This document shows, piece after piece, positions 35,888 through 43,788 of a stretch of 43,788 nucleotides of DNA (positions are counted from its first letter, which is position 1; each line of letters starts with the position of its first letter). The position numbers and the translations under genes were made by a program. The notes under the pieces were generated by a model, which saw only the letters and a list, made by a program, of their open reading frames with translations, had not been told where the DNA came from and did not search any database. This DNA comes from Sphaeroforma arctica JP610 (Eukaryota), in assembly GCF_001186125.1 (NCBI RefSeq), contig NW_014040081.1, forward strand, positions 1 through 43,788, in the 5' to 3' direction.

Positions 35888-36643
35888 GATAGTGGTATTG
35901 TTGGTAGTACGTTGTATACGCTAATATAGCTTCTTTAAGTACCGAAAAGGGCTTCAGTACACGCCTTTAAATCATTCAAATTTACTGTATATATACATTA
36001 TTCACGTACATATATATAGATAGACGTTATGTATAATATATACACACTTATGTATAGAATATATAATATATGATGCACATATATTTATTTGTTATCAGAT
36101 GGCTCTATGTTATATTATGTTTACAACTTTCAAAGATGGTGTGAAATCAGCTGCGAGAACGCAAGAGTGAGTCATACATTTAGACCCTGTTGTTATGGTT
36201 AAATATTAGCAATATAAGGGCCTCTATTTGAAAAAATGGGGGTCTTATTCCAGGCCTTCTATACCAGACTAAAGTATTTAACCAATACCTACCCAAATCC
36301 TACTACAGGGCCAATTTTTTACCCTCTCCCGTATTTTTGAAAAATTGAAAATGAAGTATATTTCAAATTCTTGATGTCGTAAAACACTTTGCGAGGGGTC
36401 GTTATGAAAGTCCTATGGACACAGCATTTACAACACACGTCTAAAATTAAAACGTTTTTAATTCGTTTCTGCCCTCTCTGGGCCCAAATAACCCCGTGCG
36501 AATTAATAATCATATGGAATTTTACATCGCAATTTGAGGATTATTGGGGGAACATGTGGTACATCTGGGTTCTACTGTTTGAGAAGATATGTATTTCGAA
36601 CACAAACCGCACATCTCGTCCTTTTCACAGTAAGGACACCAAC
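35888..36643. promoter_or_regulatory. Probable bidirectional promoter region (DHHC gene / RPL27A) with a TCT/5'TOP-like pyrimidine tract
   Basis: Divergent start codons ~756 bp apart. ctcgtccttttc at ~36615-36626 lies just upstream of the RPL27A ATG, as is typical of ribosomal protein gene starts. Confidence 0.55.
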
Positions 36644-37211
36644 ATGGTATGTCGATAAACTCTGTGAATACAGCTGCAAGTATAGATAGAATACAATGAT
36701 CTCGCTATAGATGATGAAATAAGAGGTAGTGAGGACACACACACATGACAACAACAATATCATTTCAGCAAAGACGTGCGTGCCTACACATTAGCAGCAA
36801 ACCATCGACACACGAATGCAATCAATGGCACTATCACAGCTCGAATCCGGTCGTCCACAGTGGTTGTGAAAGAGCTCAAAAGATATCAGCCGACGACTGC
36901 GGGATTGAAATCAAAATGATACACGAGAAAATAATTATTTACAAAAGTCACAGTGCAATGATGTGATACTGGATGTTGAACATTTTAAAATGAACAGTCC
37001 ATGAATTGCAATAATAAGATTCAATGATTGAAGAGACCACGACAGACACGCCGATCAAGATTATATAGATATGTATATGCACATACAAAACAATATATAT
37101 TATATACACGTATGTATGTATATTTTTATTGTATCATAAGTGATAAATATATATACATATTTACATGTATATGCTTGCATGTATACATACATACATATTC
37201 AAATACACGCC

Positions 37212-37276
<65 letters not shown>

Positions 37277-38433
37277 TAAATATATGTAGTTATATATATT
37301 TAGTTATATATATATATTTATATATTTATATATATATATAATGTATGTACATATATACATATGTATATGTATGTATATTTATTATAATTCACATTCTTCT
37401 AAGGCATAGTGTCTGAGTTGACGTTCTGTGTATAGAAGACTCATAGTGGATATGTATGGATGCTAACATATGACTTCGCTCTTCGTTAAATTACCCATGT
37501 ACAGACTACTCACCTAAAGAAGCACCGTAAAAAGCGTGGACACGTGTCCGCTGGTCACGGTCGTATCGGTAAACACCGTAAACATCCGGGAGGTCGTGGT
37601 AACGCCGGTGGTCAGCATCACCACAGAATTATGTTCGACAAATAGTAAGTGCATTGTATTGTAATTCTATACGTATCAATATTTAATGAACTGCGTATTT
37701 ACTGATTAATCGGTCAGTTGCTGGCGAGGTTTCATGTTATGGTTTATTGTTTTATGTTTTCAAACGGGCCAGATTTACTGGTTATAGAATTAGGCGCGTC
37801 TGGTGTTGTATTCCTGCTCATCTAGTTCTGTGGCCGACTTTTGCACTTTTTGCCAGCATACTTGTATTGTATTTGGGAATGATCTCTATGTTTTAGTTTA
37901 TATATTAAGTAAAAAACTGTACTGATACGTAGTACACATTCGTATCGGACATAAGTTGTGCTTATACGTGGACATGACTGACAATATCATGGCACGCATG
38001 TAGTTTGCCTTATTACTGTTGCACGAATGCATACAGATACTGACTGGAGATATGAATTGCTTTTATATGTAATTGTTATGCATTTTTCAAGTAAGAAATA
38101 CTGACTGCCTCACTTCTCGTTACACATTATAGCCATCCTGGTTATTTCGGAAAGGTCGGTATGCGATACTATCACAAGACGGATCAGCAGTATTACTGCC
38201 CCATTGTCAACCTTGACAAGATCTGGACTTTGGTATCTGACCAGACTAAGACTCAGTACGCCAAGGACACCTCCAAGGTGCCCGTCATCGACTGTGTACG
38301 TGCCGGTTACTACAAGGTGCTAGGCAAGGGTGTGCTACCCAACCAGCCCTGCATTGTCAAGGCCAAGTTCTTCTCAAGATCCGCGGAGGAGAAGATCAAG
38401 GCTGTTGGTGGTGTTTGTGTCTTGACCGCTTAA
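36644..38433 (+). CDS. RPL27A: 60S ribosomal protein L27a (uL15; yeast L28), 147 aa
   Basis: Exons 36644-36646 (ATG|gtatgt), 37505-37644, 38133-38433 give [62 protein letters not shown]...[16 protein letters not shown]. Confidence 0.97.
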
Positions 38434-40771
38434 TTTATCAAAATGAGTAAATATAGACATATAACCCGTCGGTGGTGTAAAGGATTTAGAGGTGCAATTT
38501 ATTTTCTTGTGTTTTCAAAAGCCTAGTTCGTGTGTGGAACTTTTAGATTGTGTATCGGTTGGCTGGTTGACGTTTAGTGATATGTGTTCTATTACTATTT
38601 GTGTTTTGTGTCGTGATATGTTATTTCTTGTTGGACATGTGGGGAGTTTGTACGTTATGCATGTCAAGTATGAGGTTTGTGTCCTGATATTTCTAAGTTC
38701 TGATTATCTGCCCGCATACCGCCTCAAGTAATAAGCATGCACAAGATGATGATTACAATCACGACGGTCTTCTTATTGAACCTGATGAAAACGCCTCGTA
38801 TGGGCAAATAATCTGATTTTTGCATTCTTATTGTCCAGGTAATGGCTTTTGTGTTAGTTCTGTGACCACTACCGTGACAATTATCCGAAAAGCTTGGAAA
38901 TGTTATTCCATGTGGCAATTGTCGATCATATTTGCGTGTCATGCATGTTTTTCTGACTGATTTTTTAATTAGATGAGCGTCTGCGTCATGCACATTCGAA
39001 TGCCTATATGATATTTCAATATTGTGGGGTCGTATTGTGTGTAGTCGTATGATGGCTGTCTTGAAATCGCGATTGGTGTAATTGTAATACTGGTGCTGTT
39101 TCTTTTTTGAGAATTTGGCATACAAAGTATGAATTTGGTTGTGTCGGTGTATTCTATTGGCTTCCCCAGTCGGTAACTAGATATGGCTGCTCTATATGCG
39201 TCTTATTAAGTATTTTTGTAAAGCTATATAGTAAGCCAACAATTACTCCGAATATTTCTTGTGTTTTTATACCGCGATTTGGACTAGGTCCAGTCGGAGT
39301 TTTGTGTGCATTATACTTTGATGTGGATACAGGACAGGATCAAACCAATGTTGACAGTGGCTGGTTTTAATGCACTTTGTCGGGGGGTGGGCCTTAATCT
39401 AGAAACGGAAGCTGAAATCTAAGCAAATTCTGTATTAAAGCTTTACTGTATATTTTCTAAATACAACTGCTATTTTGCAAATCATTAAACCAAATCGTAC
39501 ACGACTGTTTTTTCTTTTACTCAAATTGTATACACGTTCAATCATTAGCAACAAGGGGAATTGGTAAGTGCGAAACACGGGGTTACTAAGCCAATAATCT
39601 AAATCGTCGATTATGATCAGGACCCTATATGAGGGTGGTAATTGTGCAACTCGATACAGTTGTTTTAAAAATCTCGTCAATAGTATAAAGGGTGTTTGGG
39701 TGCTTTGATCATGCGGTTGTTAGATAGATTGCGTGTTTGTGTTGCAGCTTGCTAGTGGGAATTCGTCAAACCTGGGAAAGACTACGTTAGAGGAGAAATT
39801 TAGGAATTAACCCGATCGAACCGCTTTATTTTTACAGTTCTTCTATGTAATTATACAGTCCTCAGTAGTATATCACTTTCATATGTTTTAGTGCCATTCC
39901 AGCACTACGATGTTCGAAGGGACTGTCCATGTTTATCTTTGATACTTCTAGCGTCGAATGCTTCTTTGATTTAACAGTCCAGTCATATGGATATGTACGA
40001 GCGGAAGGACAGCACGGTTCCGATCTGGTATTAGATACCTGCGTGGTAGTTAAATTGACTCTTACGACCTGTACTACATAGTATATTTAAATGGAATGCA
40101 TAATCTGCTACATATAAAGCCCTTGCATTTAGTGTCAGTGATATACCGATGAAGCCGAGACTCCGAGAGATGAACTCAAAGCCAATCCGACAACAAACTA
40201 TGGCCTACGCAACTCGCAACCTGACCGAGGGAACCCATACAAATAAACATAAAAGTGTATATTAATATTTTCAATGTTTTATACACGTAGTTTATATTTT
40301 AGGAAATACAAATATATGTACATATTTAAAATTAGGAAAATTATTATTTTCTAAAATATGCCATATTTATGAAAAATATATGGCATATTTATTTCATATT
40401 TATTATTTTCCTAAAAATATATTTCGTTCATTTTTCATATTTACTATTTATCTAAAAATATATATATATTACATAAATTTATTTCTCCTGTATAATTTCC
40501 TCATATTTATATATTTCTCCTATATTTCCACATATTATACTTTTTAGAGCATATTGATATTATGTATTGACATAGCTTGCTACTTAGTATGAGTGACGAT
40601 AGTTAATACTAAAAGTTACAAACACATTGATAAACAGTCCTTGTGTATGCACAACACATATGCACAACGTAGCATAGTAATCTACTAAGTGTGAACATAT
40701 ATATGAAGTTTACACTTGGTTTATGTACACACTAAAAAAGTAAAGGGTCTATAGTCTATCTAATATATAAA

Positions 40772-40902
40772 TCATGAGTTATATGACATCTAACCACGCA
40801 TTTTTATAATGTTATTCATGAGTTATATGACATCTAACCACGCATTTTTATAATGTTATTCATGAGTTATATGACATCTAACCACGCATTTTTATAATGT
40901 TA
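40772..40902. repeat. Perfect 44-bp tandem repeat x3
   Basis: tcatgagttatatgacatctaaccacgcatttttataatgtt.. at 40772, 40816 and 40860. Confidence 0.95.
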
Positions 40903-41714
40903 CTATTCTGAGTCATAGAACTCGACAGAGATCATTTAACAGTGAAGCAGGAAGATGTACAGATTGAGCTGCACTTGAATACTGTGCACTGGGGTGGTAT
41001 ATTTCGGCTTGCGGGCTTATATTGTCACTGTATATAAGTCAAATAAACTAACGATTAATGTGTTTGACTTGTGTATATGATAAATATATCTCTAGTGTAA
41101 TCTAGGTGTATCTAGAAAAGTAATAGATACTAATTTAGAAAAAAATAATGTGATTGCTTGTCAGTATTTCAACATCACAATTATAAAACTGGAATATTTT
41201 TTTTTGCCACTTTTTTTTTGTTCCAGAAATCAATCAATTCTCAATTTGCCACCTTAATTGAAAAAGGTGGCCAACAAGCATCGAGCGGAAACAGGTTAAA
41301 TTGCAACTGACGCTATACTACTGGTACGATAGCTCTGAAATTGGTAACAGAGCTCAAGGAAAATACTATTGATAGGTATGAACAATTATTTGTATGCCTG
41401 TGAATTATGAAGTTCACAATGTCCCTTCTGGCAGGATATGTGACAAATGTGGATTACGTCTCATGTGACCAGGATGCGCTCAGGAGACAAAATATTGAAC
41501 TGGCATGTATTGTGAAAAACCGTTTTTCGGATGTCACCCGATTACAATAGTGTCAAAAAGAGTGTCCAACGTGCGCGTTTGTAATTTTTGATGTTATTTC
41601 GTCCTATTTGGTATAGTTTAAATTGCAGGGTCTTTCACGCATACTTGCGAAGTTACACAACTATATATATGGAAATATACGTCCATGAAAACACAAATAT
41701 ATATACACAGACAA

Positions 41715-41867
<153 letters not shown>

Positions 41868-42207
41868 CAAATATGGTATATGTCAGAAATATGTCATATG
41901 TACAATATATATATTCACGAAATATATTACTTAAGATAGTTTATAAAATAAAATGTATATGCGATATTTTACATCAGCTATAAACCAGCTACTATACACG
42001 TGTACAATTCCTTTCGTATAGCTACAAACTACAGCCACTCTGCCTATATAATTATTCTAATATAACTACAAAAAACAGTCAATATGCCTATATAAATTCT
42101 TTGATAGAACTGCAAAATACAGGCTATATGCCTATACAATTTTTATAATACAGCCGTGAAATACTATATATTGTAAATATTTCGTAAATATATATATATA
42201 TATTGTA

Positions 42208-42410
42208 CATATGGCATATTTCATAAATATGCCTTATTCAGAAATATGGTATATTTTAGAAATATGGCATATTTTAGAAATATGGCATAATATAGAAATA
42301 TGGCATATTTTAGAAATATGGCATATTTTAAAAAAAGGGCATATTTTAAAAAAAGGGCATATTTTAAAAATATGGCATATTTAGGAAATATGGCATATTT
42401 ATGGCATATT
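42208..42410. repeat. ~18-bp tandem repeat (aaatatggcatattttag) x ~10
   Basis: Read directly; yields the KYAIFL repeats in the spurious ORF 42221-42463. Confidence 0.92.
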
Positions 42411-43322
42411 TCAATTTTTTTATACCAAATATTTTTATTTTGCCGTATTTCTGAAATCAACACGCGTATTACGTATTTTTTCCAAATTTCATATCATATT
42501 TCATTTTTCATATTTAACGTTTTCAGTGCATATTTATATTTTAAAAAAATAATAAGCCGATTTTTCGCCATATTTATTATCGAAAAATATGTGTTCCTCG
42601 GTCAGGTCGCAACCCTGGAAATTGTAGCTTCCCATCAAGGTGTGTGCAGAGAAAGGCATTTTTCGAGAGGCTCTAATCAGTAATCATTCTAACCAGAGGG
42701 CCATTTTGCCGTAGAAACGTTCTGCCCATATATGGTTATGAGTTGAACCCGTGAATCGTGATACTGCAGCCTGAACGGCTGACGCAGTGAATATTTATTT
42801 ATATTTTCTACATATATATGTAAAACGATGAATTTTATACGTTTAAACGTAAAATACTGTCATAGATAAACATCCCGATGGTATTTTTGGTACTATTGTA
42901 TTCTGCATAAACGTTTAACTTTAACTCACTTGGTCTAAGAGGTCTGTTTTCCTGTTTTTAAAAAAACCCCCAAAAAGAAAAATGACAGTCAGACTATCGA
43001 ATGAACCAATCAGATGCATTAGAAGCTGATATTCTCGGCTGCTCACAGGTTTGAAGTCACGTAATATTGATCACAATTCACAAGTCACCTATAATCCTCT
43101 CTATATTTAAAAAAACATACACTACATACATGCAACATACTTGTATGCTTTTGAAATACTTGTAAATATACATACATACATGTATATAAGATACTGACAA
43201 TGCACAGCCTCTCGTATTAATTGAACAGTATCTGTTTTATAGAAAAATATTGTTCGCTAGAAGTCCATAATTGTTCGCTGTAATCGGAATCATCCTCAAA
43301 AATTAACAGCTCCGTTTAAACC

Positions 43323-43610
43323 ATGTACCAGTCTGACACAGCCGCAGATATCCTCGGATATGTCTCGCTATTGACGTGGCTAATCGTTGGGTTTCCACAA
43401 TTCTATGAGCTTTATAGGACGAAATCAGGAGAAGCCATGTCAATCCCGTTTCTGGCCATATGGGGTGTAGGCGATATCTTTAACATTATCGGATGCATAT
43501 TAACTGGACAACTGATGACACAGCTTCTTGTTGCCGTATGGTATACAATCATGGATGGCACTCTGATATCGCAGATATATTACTACGACTACTTCAACCC
43601 CCATCTTAAG
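43323..43610 (+). CDS. PQ-loop family lysosomal/vacuolar amino-acid transporter (PQLC2/Ypq-like), first coding exon; gene continues beyond the window
   Basis: ILGYVSLLTWLIVGFPQFYELYRTKSGEAMSIPFLAIWGVGDIFNIIGCILTGQLMTQ is a typical first PQ-loop repeat; donor aag|gtatgg at 43610/43611. Confidence 0.88.
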
Positions 43611-43788
43611 GTATGGTAATAAACCATGAATATTATACAAGTCCCGATGTGAGCTCCATTTGACAGCTAAACGAGTTGTGGCTTGTAATAAGCTCTACAT
43701 TTAAGGAGTAAATATGGGTGGTTGATTGGATTTTCATCCTAAATTTGCGATGATTTATAAATGTGACATCAATTGGAAAGTGGGTATT

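Noticed and set aside
36647..38132. Intronic snoRNAs in RPL27A introns (ATGATGA at ~36711; some pairing at 37720-37858)
   Set aside because: No properly spaced C/D pair with a terminal stem or clear H/ACA architecture by eye. An Infernal/snoscan search would be needed.

Overview
Intron-rich eukaryotic genomic window. The style (TA/CA microsatellite-rich introns, animal-like gene set) suggests a unicellular holozoan such as an ichthyosporean, but this is inference only. Manual GT-AG exon stitching supports four host genes: a 13-exon SENP/Ulp1 SUMO protease (+, ~350-10334), an ankyrin-DHHC palmitoyltransferase of the ZDHHC17/Akr1 type (-, ~27020-35887), ribosomal protein uL15/RPL27A (+, 36644-38433, head-to-head with the DHHC gene), and the first exon of a PQ-loop transporter (+, 43323-43610). 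Between the SENP and DHHC genes lies a ~15 kb tract of decayed, apparently intron-poor coding sequence that I cannot assign to a family. It includes a tandem ~84-aa repeat-protein relic split by an internally deleted Ty1/copia element (LTRs, GTTAA TSD, half-tRNA-iMet-type PBS). Also present: a ~500-bp fold-back palindrome in a SENP intron, a small MITE-like element, a 2.4-kb TIR element with subterminal repeats, several minisatellites and a 20-N scaffold gap. Most ORFs in the supplied track are spurious. No CRISPR array or RNA gene could be supported.
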